Shown in pieces: positions 14,504 to 28,096 of a stretch of 64,000 nucleotides of DNA (position 1 is the stretch's first letter; every line of letters starts with the position of its first letter). The notes beneath the pieces are model-generated. The model was given only the letters and a program-made list of their open reading frames with translations, was not told the DNA's origin and did no database searches. Position numbers and translations under genes: made by a program. Origin of the DNA: Octopus vulgaris (taxonomy: Eukaryota); contig OX597819.1 of NCBI GenBank assembly GCA_951406725.2, positions 53,320,001 to 53,384,000 of the forward strand, in the 5' to 3' direction.

Positions 14504-14577
14504 TTATACTTCGATGTCAAGTCCTCAACTTGTTATTTCACCAAATAGAAGTAAATGCTACTTCAATCAATACATTT
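14504..14577 (-). CDS. Candidate stop-containing exon: phase 1 (E)MY*, phase 2 NVLIEVAFTSIW*
   Basis: 194-nt AG-free zone; very strong tract ttttcctttttattctctatgtgtttctttatatag; AA|GTATGT donor. Confidence 0.5.
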
Positions 14578-15459
14578 CTATATAAAGAAACACATAGAGA
14601 ATAAAAAGGAAAACAGTTAATATATAGGGAAGCATATATAAAATGAATATACAAACAGAAAATAAATAAGAGCCAAATGTAGCAGCAGCAGTAGTGGTGG
14701 TGGTGGTAGTTATAGTAGTAGTAGTTGTAATAATACATCAATGCAGAATAAAAAATATATAAAGTATTTATGCCTGAAGTGGTAAAATGCTCTTGGCTAT
14801 GTGAAACTAGTCATTTTAAAGTAAAACTTATGTACACCATCTTCAACACTACCAGCTAATGTTTTTTTTTCTCCCCCTATAGGATCTACATAACTACAAC
14901 AGTGGTGATGGTGGTGGTAGTGGTGGTATTGGTGATAGTGGTAACAGTGATGTCATGAGTGGTGACGGTAACAGTGACAATGATAGTAATAAATGGCGGT
15001 GAATTCTCTGAGTCAATAGAGATTTCGGTAATAGTATAGATATATCTGCAGCACAAGTCATCCTATTTAAACAAGTTTCTCCTCCTTCACTACTGGCATG
15101 TTGAAGACACTCATCAGCTGATTTAACTTGCTAGACTTGGTAGCCAAATCTCCCATGAAATGAGAAGACATACTGGAAAATTCAGCCCTAAATACATTAG
15201 ATATCACACACACATCCAAATAAGTCCAGTAATCACAGCTAGAGCATCAGTTGAACAATAAAAGGTTGACAGATGAAAATGTGCAAATCAGCATACATAT
15301 CACCACCAATCAGCAAACAAATACTACCAATGTCAAATGAAGGGATATCCAAACACAAAACTCACACTTATACAGACAGACAAAATTTAACACCAAAATC
15401 TCACATGAACACTTTCCAGAAATGGAGAAAATAATGTCAACACAGTCATTGCTGTAAAT

Positions 15460-15870
15460 CATCATCATCGTTTAGTGTCAGCTTTCCATGCTGGCATGGG
15501 TTGGACGGTTCAACTGGGGTCTGGGAAGCCAGAAGGCTGCACCAGGCACAGTCTGATCTGGCAATGTTTCTACGGCTGGATGCCCTTCCTAACGCCAACC
15601 ACTCCGTAAATGTAGTGGGTGCTTTTTACGTGCCACCGACACAGGTGCCAGACGAGGCTGGCAAACGGCCACAATTGAATGGTGCTTTTTATGTGCTACT
15701 GGCACGGAGGCCAGGCGAGGCTGGCAATGGCCACGATCGGATGGTGCTTTTTACGTGCCACCGGCACGGAAGCCAGTTGGGGTGGCACTGGCAATGGTCA
15801 CATTCGGATGGTTCTCTTATGTGCCACCGGCACTGGTATCACAGCTACAATTTCCATTGATGTTGATCGT
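15460..15870 (-). mobile_element. SINE family C with RTE-like 3' tail and internal ~60-bp tandem subrepeats (ttttacgtgccaccggcac)
   Basis: catcatcgttt...ttccatgctggcatgggttggacgg...gctggatgcccttcctaacgccaaccac; homologous to 39975 and 42715. Confidence 0.8.
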
Positions 15871-16177
15871 AAATGATCTAATTAACCCTCAACCAATGTT
15901 CTGTGATGAATTCCACATGGAGACCACTAAAGAATAATCCTTTCTGCAACAGGAGCAAGGCTTGAAATCTTTAGGAGAGAAGGCTAATTGATTACATTGA
16001 CCCTAGTGCTCAACTGGCACTTGAAAGCAAAGTCAACCTCAGCAGAATTTGACCTCAGAACATAAAGACTGACAAAATGCCACTAGGCATTTTGTCTGGC
16101 ATGCTGGTGATTCTACCAGCTCACTGCCTTAAATAAAATAAAGAATGATAAAAATTAGAGTCACATTCCAACTAAGT

Positions 16178-16269
16178 TCACACGTGTGTCACACCAAAAG
16201 ACCTACAGGTGTAAAAGAATATATTTGGTAATGGAGTAAAAGAAATGATAAAGACTACCGTACTGCAAT
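16178..16269 (-). CDS. Candidate terminal exon, phase 1: (D)CSTVVFIISFTPLPNIFFYTCRSFGVTHV*
   Basis: T-rich acceptor ...ttattatttag with ~80-nt AG-free zone; ends in T-x-V. Confidence 0.35.
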
Positions 16270-16905
16270 CTAAATAATAAAAAAAAAAAAACAATATATC
16301 AAAGAGAGCAGGTTATTATAAAATTTAGTAAAGGCAAAATGTATTTGGAGGACTGGATCTGTGGATCACACAAGGTTATTTGATCAAATATCTGAGTCAC
16401 ATGTGTGTTCACTGAGAATTAAACTAGGTTACACATTGAAATGCCGAGAGAAAGTTCTTGCTTTTCAGAAATCCAATTAAATTAAACCATTCAATCTATC
16501 TTATTTAATTGATTCTGAACATGACTTGTTGAACTCACCAAGGGTGCAGTTCAAAGAAACAGCTCCCAATGACTCTATCCTACATAACACCATGTGTGTG
16601 TGTGTGTGTGTGTAATATGTAAATAGGTTCAATAACATATCTAAGATACTTAAAATTTGTGTGTGTGTGTGTGTATGTGCATTTGAGTTTACAAACAAGA
16701 GGAAAAAGTACAATACAAAATTAGAGAGTAAAAATATATTGTAGTGGTGAAATTACCATCTGTTATTACTCAGAGTTTAGTGATGTAACATGGTCAAGAG
16801 ACAAAACTGAGTAGCAACAGAATTACATCAGCACTGATTTATACATACATATATATATATTGCTAGCATGGAAAACAGACGCTAAACGATGATGATGATG
16901 ATGAT

Positions 16906-16941
<36 letters not shown>

Positions 16942-18209
16942 ATGATGATATATGAGAGACAGGCAGAGCCATCATCATCTATTAATTTCTTGTATACTGA
17001 GCAATAGGAAACTGCTACAAAGAACAAAACTTAGACTTATGAAATCTACTTGGAAACAAGGCAAAGATATTTAGAATTTTTTAGTTGAGATACCCAAGAA
17101 AAACCAACAATATACATTAAAGCAGTTGTAGTTTTACTCCAGAAGCAAAAATGACTGAAAACCATGTAATTGCTTTAACTCTTTAGCATTCAGATGTTTT
17201 GAATTTATCAGGCATTATTTTGTAGTTTCAAGATTTTTAGAATGACATTGGAGGATAGTTGGAAAAGCCAGTTCTGGCTGGTATGAGCATAGAACAGGTA
17301 GAACATTTCAGCCAGGTAAGGTCAGTGTAAATGCTAAACTTGTGTGGAATACCTCTTCTTCTAGAATCTACAATAATTCATCAAATCCATGATTTCTGTT
17401 AGTAATGAACTTGCATGCAGTCTTTCACATATTGGAGTTAATCCCTAACCACAAGATTCCCTACCAAAACCTGGCTAACACTGCTGTTGTTATCTTGATA
17501 AGCAGAAAATTATCACAATGAAGTGACATCAAGTTTAATGGAGAACATCAAATTATGCAATCAACTTCTAACAGTGCAATTTTAAAAGCATTTAATCAGC
17601 TGAAAACATTTAATGTTCATTTACTCATTTACACAAATACAGAAATTTATTAAATAACATGAAGAACGAGGAGAAATATATATAGAGATAAAAAGAAAAT
17701 AAAAGACAATTAACAGCAAAGAAAACAATAATGAAAAATTTTAAATGCGAAATGAAGCTATTGTTTGCTTTTACCATTTCTTGATAACATTTTAACAAAA
17801 ATGTTACATAATGTAGATAATGATAAATTATCTCTGTCTAATTAAAACCAAGCCCATCTAAGTTTTATATAGAAGTTATTGCAATAATATTCAGAAATAA
17901 CAGCAGCAGCAGCAGCAACAGAACTGAGCATACCTAATAATAACTTGATGTTACCAAATAATTGTTGACAGATAATCACAGCATAAAGGGGTGCAGTACT
18001 TAAGTAGTTAGAGGTCTGCAATAAATCTCAATCCATATTGTGCTTATTTCCATTTACCGAGCTGATAAAACAGACATTACTCTCAGTTTGCAATCACCAA
18101 CACCATCAGTCATTCAATTTGCTACACAGTGCACAAATAAGTATGGAACTCAAGTAAGCCTTTTTTTAATTAATTTCATCAACTGAGATCAATATGACAA
18201 ATAAAGTAA

Positions 18210-18552
18210 AGGTGCAGGCATGGCTGTGTGGTTGAAAAGTTTGCTTCCTGACTTTGGAGTCCTGGGCTCAGTCCCACTGCATGGCACCTTGGGCAAGTAT
18301 CTTCTACTAGAGCCCCAAACCAATTAAAGTTTTGTGAATTTGGTAGAAGGGAACTGAAAGAAATCTTTATCAGGAAATTGTGTGAGAGTTGTAAATAAAC
18401 ATCATACTTTGCAAGTGACATTTACTTCCAGTTTTCAGTGAATGGCACATCTAGCTATAGGAAAATATTATCTTGCTTGAAAAAAGGCAAGGGTTAGTGA
18501 CAGAAAGAGCCTCAAATTCCATCTGACCCATGCAAGTATAGGAAAGTAGATG
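18210..18552 (+). mobile_element. SINE family B
   Basis: ggtgcaggcatggctgtgtgg...cagtcccactgcatggcaccttgggcaag...acccatgcaag. Confidence 0.8.
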
Positions 18553-18772
18553 TTAACCCTTAAGCATTCAGACTACTGCGTCAAGTGTAAAGCTTATTTA
18601 TTGACATTGTTTTGAATTAATCATGTATTATCTTGTGGCTTTGAGATTTTGATAATGTTATTGAATATTCTTAGAACAACATTGTAAGGTAAGATGTGAG
18701 AGGCCAGATCTGAACATAAAACAACCAGAACATTTGGGCTGAATATGATCAGTTTAAATGCTAAAGGGTTAA
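18553..18772. mobile_element. TTAA-flanked MITE, family E (piggyBac/Kolobok-type termini)
   Basis: ttaaCCCTTAAGCATT...AATGCTAAAGGGttaa terminal inverted repeats; copies at ~17175, 31187, 57878, 60424. Confidence 0.8.
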
Positions 18773-20159
18773 ATGAAGATGATGAGACTAAGGCTTTAAC
18801 CTATCATATCTCAGAAAACTCAAGATATTTTTTCTTCTTGCTAAAATGCTGGTCAATTGCAGTTAACAATATCAGATGATCTGTTACCAGAGTCATGTAT
18901 AAGTGTGACACTTATCTATCATATACTAAACAGAAAAACTAAGGTATCTATGTAGATCACTAAGTTTCCCTGAAAGACAATGTGAGGTAGTGTTGGTCAC
19001 CAACATGTATGTAACAGGTTTCATTGTCTCATTTACAGTGCTAGTTATCTGAGAATAGAGAGATGGAGGAGGTTAAAACAGTTCATGTTTGGTTCAAACC
19101 TTTACAGATTACTATTTGAAAGGAACAAACAAGTAGGAAGGAAATTCCAGAAGCCTAAAGTCCTGGGAAAGAAGTTCTCAAAGAAAAGATAGTCACATAT
19201 ATGACAATGTAAAGAAGAAAAAGAAAAGACAGATAGGAACAAGTAGCTTCAAATAAGGAGAAACTAAAACAATATGCTTCTTCCATTGTAATCTCTATGT
19301 AGGTAAGTGAAGTTACAGAAATGGTAAAGGAACAGACAACATGCCTTAAGTTACATTCCTTTACATTGACAATTCATATAATGTCAGGGTTGATTTTGCT
19401 TTACAACTTTCTGAGAGATCAATAAACTACATACCATTTAAGTACTGGCATTAATAAAAAAAAAATTTTTTTTTTAAATCAAGTACATGCCGTCCCTACT
19501 AAAATATGGTCTTGACAAAATACTAGAAATCATTATAGCTCATAATTTATAAAAGAGATGAATGGCACTCAAAAACCAAAGTTTACTTCAGTTGTACTTA
19601 CAGGTAATTTACACTACTGACTGCAGAAGAATACAAGTAAAACTGAAGTAACTCTAGTGAGATTGGAAAACATGAAGCAGTAGATTTCACTGAAACAAAG
19701 TAAGATAATGAGAGAAAGAAGGGCGTAAAATAGAGGGAGACAGCAATTTATGTGGTCACTTAACCTGCTAGTAATAGAAACCAAACTGCCTGTGAATTAC
19801 ACCTCACTATCTTGACAAAGAAAGACAATACTGTATTATACAATTCTAGATCTGCAATACCTTAGAAAAAGAACAGAGTGGTCATACCTAGAACTTTTTC
19901 TTTTCACTTGCTGAGTCTAAAGAAAAGAGCAATGCCCATACTCTTCACAAATCCTATTAGATCAATGAGATTGACACTAATCCTCTGAATCAAAGAAGTG
20001 TTCAATCAAGGTTGATTTGAAGTAACAACAATAGTAAAATAACTGAAGTCTATACACTTAACTCTGCACCATATTATCAACTTAATGTAATGGATTGTTA
20101 TGACAAAAACTCAAAACTAAATTCAGGTGGGTATTAATATTTAAACTGCAGGTGTGTGG

Positions 20160-20515
20160 GCATAGGCATGCATGGTAGAGAAGCTTACTTACCAGCCATG
20201 TGGTCTCAGGTTCAGACCCAATGTATTGCACCTTGGGAAAGTTCTTCAGTATAACCCCAAGCTGGGCAAAGCTTAGGGTGTATGTGTATGAGAGTGAGAG
20301 AGAGACAGAGAACTCTTGTCATGCGATGGTTGTAAATGAGCATCATTGTTCATTTCCAGCCTTCTGTGAAAAACAAGTCTGGCCATAGGGAAATATGACC
20401 TTGTTTGGGAACAGGTGAGAGTGAATGATAGGAAGGGCTTCTGGTTGTAGAGAACTACCCCCAACAAATTCTATCTGACCAATGAAAGCATAGAAAAGTG
20501 GACATTCAAATGATG
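20160..20515 (+). mobile_element. SINE family B
   Basis: Same head and tail motifs as 18210. Confidence 0.75.
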
Positions 20516-21035
20516 ATATATAGAGAGCTCATGAAGGGACATGGCTTGGCTTAGTGGTTAGAGTATCTATCACATGATTATGAGTTCAGTTCCTGGTAGT
20601 GCGTTGTCTCGATCGGATCAACTGGAACACTCATTGTCATACTGGAGTGCCAGTTTGTTTCCTTCTTCAATTTTAAAATCATTTTGTATTTGGATGTAGA
20701 TTTCAATTAAGAAGAGAATTTTAAATTAAATATAGTTTAAATAGCAAACCAACTGAAGAATAATAAAGAAGTGAAACTGAACCAGTGTATGTGATTAGTA
20801 TTATTGGCATAATTACCCTCCCAAGGTAACCAAAAAAAACTAGTTGAACAAGTTTTCTGGAAATATTTAAAATTACTGGATCATCCAACCCTAAGATGTT
20901 TTTTTTTTAAAAAAAAAAACCTTTTTGAAAAAGAAACTGAGAAAGATAGGAGGAATAGTGACGTGGGAGAAAGAGAGAGGGAGAGAAAGGAGACAGAGAG
21001 AAGCAAACAGAACCAACAACTGTAAGCCTTTCACA

Positions 21036-21118
21036 TCATCGCTCAAGGTCAGACACTAGTAGCTTGAACTTTACAATCATTGTGAATATCATGCGCGGAT
21101 GAATTCTCACTGGTAAAA
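21036..21118 (-). CDS. Candidate terminal exon: phase 2 FTSENSSAHDIHNDCKVQATSV* (stop 21049); phase 1 (V)LPVRIHPRMIFTMIVKFKLLVSDLER*
   Basis: Acceptor tctttttctcttcattgaacgcag; CpG-containing island; two frames open. Confidence 0.55.
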
Positions 21119-21288
21119 CTGCGTTCAATGAAGAGAAAAAGATGCCTCATGCTTGCCAACAAACAACATTCCCTCTTTTGCCATCATCAATATCTCCCAC
21201 CACTACCATCATCATCATCAAAATGATCATCGTTGCCCTCACCACTACAGAAACAAAATAATGCAAAGTTATTTTTAACAAACAAGAT

Positions 21289-21360
21289 TTAGTACAAAGA
21301 ATATTGATTATAGAGAATTTCTTTCGCAATGTTTTGTCCACTAGAATTAATCATGCATAA
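21289..21360 (-). CDS. Candidate exon, phase 0: LCMINSSGQNIAKEILYNQYSLY*
   Basis: Acceptor ttttctgtcatccttttgttacag; an upstream phase-1 acceptor near 21393 enters the same frame. Confidence 0.4.
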   Translation of the reverse strand, partial: LCMINSSGQNIAKEILYNQYSLY

Positions 21361-23567
21361 CTGTAACAAAAGGATGACAGAAAACCGCGTCACTATAACA
21401 GGCACAATGGAAGTATGCTAATGCTTCGTTTTCATAACACCCACACACTTCCAGGTTTATTCTCACATATTGCCACTCACACAAAATTACAAAAGAGGTG
21501 GGAGGGGAGAGGTGGGAGGTGAAAAAAAATTACTTTCATCAAAATAAAAATAAATAAATCAATCATGTACTAAGAAAAAATAAAAGATAATATAATACAA
21601 TAATTGAAGTACACACAAACAACAACAACAAAAATTGCTTAATTAAACTCAGTATTTAAACTTCAACACAAAAAAAAAGATAAAAAGCAAATAAAGAAAT
21701 AAGAAAGAAATTAAGCCAGGAAATAGGCATCATAATTTGGGAAGTTCATAAAGCTACTTAGCAATAATATAATTAGGATCTTTCACTGAAAATCTATTCG
21801 AGGAGAAAATTATTAGACATAAGGGCAGGTAGGGGGGGAGGTATAAAAAGAGAACAGTACTTTGCAAATATGGTTTTTGTTTTGCTTTTTCTTTTTTTTC
21901 TTTTTTAATTTCTAATTTCCTCCACTTTTCTCTCTTTTCACAAACACAAGAAATAATAAAAACGTAAAAAAAAACATCATTTGTTTTTAGAAGTGCGATA
22001 GCAAGATGGTTAATAACATGAACTGCACAACCTCTAAGGTGACATGTTCAAATCCTGCAACAGACATCAAATAACATCTAAGGAAATTGGGTGGGAGGGG
22101 AGAAAGGGTGGAGGTCAAGAATGAAAAAGTTGAAATAGAATCTATTCTTTTATTCGTTGACTGGTTTCATGCATTGGACTGTGAACATGCTGGAGCACCA
22201 CCATCAAAGATATAATCAACTACATCGACATTGGTACATGACTGGTATTTATTCACCATGGCCAACGTTATCTTTGTTTCTCCAAGCTTGATAAACATAT
22301 GTACCAGTTAAAATACCAAAGTATAGCCAACAATTGATACCTCAATGTTCAGGGGGGTCAAATATTTCCAAAAGAGACCCAGCCTTCTTTCAAAATCATT
22401 TCCAGAAATTTAAATACCATTAAGATACTTGGGTTATTATTCCAACTATATTCCACCTCTCAGATAAAGGGTTGATGCCCAATTTAAAAAGTAAATAATT
22501 ATAATATTAGACAAGGCACACACACATACAAATGTATATATGTGTGTGTACACACATACACATATGTACATGTATGTGTGTATAGGTACACAAAGATATA
22601 AATGTAAAGAGCACCTGTGCTTGAGCCACATAAAACACACCTGTGCCTGTGTTTGTAGATTAGAGGCACCCATGTACTAGTGCCACATAGAAAGCACCAG
22701 TGCCATATAAAACACCCAGTATACTCTGTAAAGCGGTTGGCATTAGGAAGGGCATCTGACCATAAAAACCATGTTGAAATAAACCATTAGAGTCTGCAGG
22801 CCAGCAGTTTGCCAGCTGTCAAACATTCCAATCCATGCCAGCATGGAAAACAAACATTAAATGATATATATATTTGAGTATGTAATTGAAAAGTAAAGAT
22901 TCTTCCAGCTGTTATGGATATGATACATATGCAAGCTGAATATTTACCATAACTTTAGAAAAGAGGATCAAGGAGATGCACCTCAGAATAAGTGCCCTTT
23001 TAATACATGCTCAGTTAGTCATGACTGGATTTTTACAAGGAATCAACAAGGGAGTCTCTTATGGTTGCTCAACACGCAAACTCTCCCTCCAACTCTTAAA
23101 ATAAGGACACGCTACATAATGTACATCTATATATTCTTAGGAAGATATGGTCGTGATGGTTATTGCCTTCAATCATCTATTTAATAAAAATTTATCTAGA
23201 CTTAAATAACATCCTATATGTGTGCAGCTACCTCCATCAGCATGATATTAAGAACACATCCAGAAAGAGGGATATCTGTCTTGTCGAAAAATCCTTCATG
23301 GCAAATTATCTTCCCACTTTGTGTATCAAACAAATCCATTATGGCAAATTACTTTCCCCTTTCCATTTCTATTCAATTCTATTCAAGCATGACCCTATCA
23401 GCTTCCAATATGAAGACAGCTTTTTTGCATTCACTTGCTCTAGCATCAACCTTCTCTCTCTGTAAAACATTGGTTGGATCACAGTAGAGGACATATTAAG
23501 TTGTGCTTCAAACACTTTTCTCAACACTTCAACACAAAATTCCCCATATCCTGCTTGTGACTTTCTA

Positions 23568-23659
23568 TCAGATATTAATCAATAAACAGTTAAACCATCC
23601 AAGTCCAGAAGTACAGGGAAGATGGGGTGGGATGGAGTTGAGGTGTTTAATGGACTTAC
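23568..23659 (-). CDS. Exon or recursive splice site beginning GTAAGT: phase 0 VSPLNTSTPSHPIFPVLLDLDGLTVY*, phase 1 (G)KSIKHLNSIPPHLPCTSGLGWFNCLLINI*
   Basis: ttcttctttgttttgttgcag|GTAAGT junction at 23660/23659. Confidence 0.55.
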
Positions 23660-23780
23660 CTGCAACAAAACAAAGAAGAATTTAACAAATAAAATGTCCA
23701 AGAAGCAAAGAAAAACACTGAAATAAGACAGAAAAGGAATCAAGAGATGGAGGAAAAGACAGAATATTTCAAAGACTTAC

Positions 23781-23936
23781 CATTCTTTCCTGAGCAACTT
23801 TCTCATTCTCCACAGTGTCCCCGGCATTAGTGGGTCCAAAAAACATAGCTTCCTTCTGGCGATAAGACAGATCAATACCTGGCAACTGAGTGACCCAGTG
23901 ACCGAATTGGCGAAGGCAACTGATCCTCAAAAAGCA
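23781..23936 (-). CDS. Coding exon: CFLRISCLRQFGHWVTQLPGIDLSYRQKEAMFFGPTNAGDTVENEKVAQERM (156 nt). Phase-1 entries give (V)LFEDQLPSPIRSLGHSVARY* or, from 23878, (G)IDLSYRQ...ERM
   Basis: Acceptor ttgttctttaacag; perfect ATG|GTAAGT donor; most GC- and CpG-rich non-repeat island in the window. Confidence 0.7.
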
Positions 23937-24167
23937 CTGTTAAAGAACAATAGCAATTAGGAATATAAGTGAAAGGTAACTTTAACACACATGCAAAAAC
24001 ACATACATGTACACACAGGACAATGTACACATAATGTTAAAAAAAATTTTTTACTTCTAATATACAAATGTAAAATCATAAAGGGAAACAAAGCCAAGAG
24101 AAAATGTAAGTAATCAAATTAAGAATTTAGTATTGATATATTTAAGAAAGAGAAAGGATATGAACAA

Positions 24168-24232
24168 CTAGAAAAGAAAATACACAACGGAAGATTTTCT
24201 GCCGAAGAAACCTGGCAGCAAGAACATTTTTA
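24168..24232 (-). CDS. Candidate terminal exon, phase 1: (V)KMFLLPGFFGRKSSVVYFLF*
   Basis: T-rich AG-free tract ending acactgtag; CpG-containing. Confidence 0.4.
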
Positions 24233-26831
24233 CTACAGTGTAAATGATATTAATACAAAATAAATAGAAAAGAAATTTTCAGTTGTATTGTTCTGAAATT
24301 GATTTCTCAAAGACCCCCAATCACACCACATCTCTTAATCATTAAAATAAGTCAATACAGTATCATAGTCTTAGTAATTCTTATTATCCTTCATGTATGG
24401 CTGCATATATTTACATATATACACATACACACAAGTGTATAGGTAGATGTGTAAATCATGTATTTACATACTTACAAGTATATATGTATATGCATATATA
24501 TACACACACACACAAGTAGTGGGGATGTTTGTGTGGAGGCGTGCATACACTCACACATACAACTCATATATGCATAATCTGTGCCTGTGTATATTACATA
24601 CAAATTGAAGTACAGACATAACTGTGTGATTGATAAGTTTTAGGTTCAGTTTAACTGTGCAGCATGTTGGGCAAGTGTCTTCAATCACAGCAGCCTCATA
24701 CCTTGATTTGGTAGACAAAAACTGAAAGAAGCCTTTCAGAGAGAGAGAGAGAGAGAGAGATGGATGGATGGATCAATAGATAGATAGACACAGGCGTGTG
24801 CGTGCGTGCACACTATTCATGTTTTGTTGTTTGGATAGTGCAGGGTAGTAGTAAGTGAGTGTCTGCAATCTTCCACAGAATTATGCCCAGACATTGTGTT
24901 GTTCTTAAACTGAAGAAAATATTACCTTTGTTGAAAAGGTAACAATTGGTGACAAGAAGTGAAATTTTACTTCAGCAAAATTTATGAGGGGACACACACA
25001 CACCCCACCAGGATCATTTAACATCAGTTTTCCATGCTGGCATGGGTTGGATGGTTTGACAGGAAATGACAAGGCCAGGAGCTGCACCCGATTCCATAGA
25101 CTGTTTGGGTCTGCTTTCTACAGCTGGATGCTCTTCCTAAAGCCAACCACTTTAGAGTGTACTGGGTGCTTTTTATGTGATACCATAGAAAAATACACAC
25201 ACGCACATACCATCATTATCATATTTTTTTTATATCTGACAGTCTTCTTTCCATCCACAAGGCTTTGGTTGGCACAGGGCTATAGCCAAACACACTTGCC
25301 CATGATTCCACACAGTGAGACTGGACCTGGAGCCATGTGGTTGGGAGGCAAACTTCATACCATACACCCATGACTGTCCACTCCTATTCTCTCATCTCCG
25401 GACAATCAAACTGTCTTTTCTTTTATGGTATGTCAATTTTGGTGAGGTTCTGGAGTTGGTCCCATTGGCATGAATAAATTATTCTACCTCTTGTGGAAGC
25501 AGAGATGGTTTTTATGAATCGAAAATTTAACTTATATGGTATTTAATATACCCTCTTTCATCTTTGTTAATCAAATACATGCCACTGACCCCTCAGAGTT
25601 ATTTCTTTCAGTTATTCATCTCATTAATGCAAATTAGCTAGACCTTAAATGTACAATACTCTTTATATATGAATAAGTGTCCTGCCTACAGGAGATAATG
25701 TAGGGCAATCACTGTGCTGATGATATCTACTGGTGCAGAAACACAATTCCACAGTTGTCCACTCAAGTGTCCAGTTAATCAGACATTCTTTTCCTAAATA
25801 TCATGTTAATTTTGCAGAATTCACAATTCTTGAGATTGTCTCCCCTTCTCATTTAGAGTCAATCCAAATTGCCATCAAGTGATTGCTCTACCTTCTCTGG
25901 AAGTGGAAATGGTTTCAATAAATCGAGAATTTATCTTGTATGGTATTTAATATAAGATTTATTCATCTCTGTTAATCAATGGCACTGGCAAGTCTAAGTT
26001 ATTTCTCTTAACTTATTTTTGTTTCATTTATACACACATACACAAATTCATACACATATTTAAACACACATGCACATACATACATACATACATATATGTG
26101 TATGCATGTGTATACATACATGCACGTACACACATACACGTATATATATATATATACATACACACACACACACACACACACAATGTAAATATGCATATAT
26201 ACCTCACATACACATGTGTAGATATATTGTATATGCCTGTGTAGTGTATATGTATTTATAAATGCATATACACAATATTGGTGGGAAATGAACAAGGAAA
26301 TGGCAAGAGCAATGAAGAAACAAGGAAATAAATGAATCTATACAAACATATATATATATATATATATATATATAGGTAGGTAGACAGATATATATATATG
26401 TGTGTGTGTGTGTGTGTATGAGATAGGTAGATAAATATAAAAATAAGTAAATAAACTTATTTAAAAGCAAAATATTGATTATTTCAAATCAGTCCATCTG
26501 TCTGAACTGGTTTTCAAATAAACAAGAAAACAAAACAGTTGGGAAGGAAACTAAGAACTGTATATGCAAAATGCCAAGCAGAGGTAGAAGTAAAAGATTA
26601 GATATTTTAATCCTGACTTGAAATGACATTTAGGAATCTATGTGTTTGTGTTCTAATACGATTGAAGTAGGGATTTTATATATAATTCATAAGCAAATAG
26701 ATGCATCAGTAATTTCTTACTTTTTTTCTTTATTTTTCTCTCTTTCTTTAAAGCAGTTAGCTTAACTAACCATACAGAGGAAGATATTCAAAGAATGTGC
26801 AAGCACATATCACTACATGTGTATATATATA

Positions 26832-26868
<37 letters not shown>

Positions 26869-27479
26869 GACACACACACGCATAAATATCTATATATAAA
26901 ATTTTATATTGTGTATGAATGTGCATATTTATAAGAGCATGCACATAAGTGTCAATGTGTGGGTGGGTGTATAAACAGATACATAATCACAGATGAATCT
27001 AAGCATGCACGCACGCATACTCACATGCACCTCTCATAAATATATACTGTCATACAGAATTTACAAAATTATATCAATATATATCTATACATATATATAT
27101 AAGAATGTATATGCATGCATGTGTATGTGACACACATACACACATAATGCACATTCGATTGTATAAAGGAGAATATATATATGTATACATATAGTAATCT
27201 ACTTAATGAAATTAAATTCAAGTATACATATAAAAATGTTACCACTACTCATATATTTTCTAATCATTCTGTATTTATATACCATCCCCATATCACTTCC
27301 AAAACACATACATTTATAAATACATAGGACATATGTGTGCATTAATGTTTGTGTGAGTCACCATGTGCACACATATGCAGCCATGTATAAACACATATCT
27401 GTATGTATATATACAAACACACATACATACATGTACAGGCACAGACATAAACACACATTTACACTTATGTGCATATACA

Positions 27480-27790
27480 TACACACACATATATATAAAC
27501 ATATATACAAATACACATATATATACATACACATATACACATATGCATATATACATATCTATATACACATATGCATATATACATATCTATATACACATAT
27601 GCATATATACATATCTATATACACATATATACATATGCACATATATACATATGCACATATATATATATATGCACATATATACATATGCACATATATATAT
27701 ATGCACATATATACATATGCACATATATACACATGCACATATATACATATGCACATATATACATATGCACATATATACATATATGTGCAA
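27480..27790. repeat. Degenerate minisatellite (ATATACATATGCAC)n
   Basis: Visible ~14-16-bp units. Confidence 0.85.
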
Positions 27791-28096
27791 ACACGCACAA
27801 ACACACATGCTCAAATGAGTGCTTCAGTTATGCCTATGACCCATCTATAGTTTCTAGTCATCACTCCCTTACTCCCACCAGCCATTTGTTATTGGCATCC
27901 ATCACTTACCCTCATCATTTAACTACCTCTATTACCCTGCAGCGCTCCCTCACTCTTTTGAAACATCTACTCTGGTTCTTCTCTAACATCACTCTCTCCG
28001 TTTCATTTATTTCCTCAATCATGAAGGCTGGAAGGAAGAAACACTGCATAAACTAGTGAGAACTCTCTAATATTAGGGAGTATAAGGGAAGCTCAC

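Noticed and set aside
15620-15835. Regularly spaced ttttacgtgccaccggcac motifs resembling a CRISPR array
   Set aside because: Internal subrepeats of a eukaryotic SINE; the spacers resemble each other and there are no cas genes.
15501-15937. MDGSTGVW...LDALPNANH ORFs, also at 39915 and 42696
   Set aside because: Recurrent SINE family C sequence, not genes.
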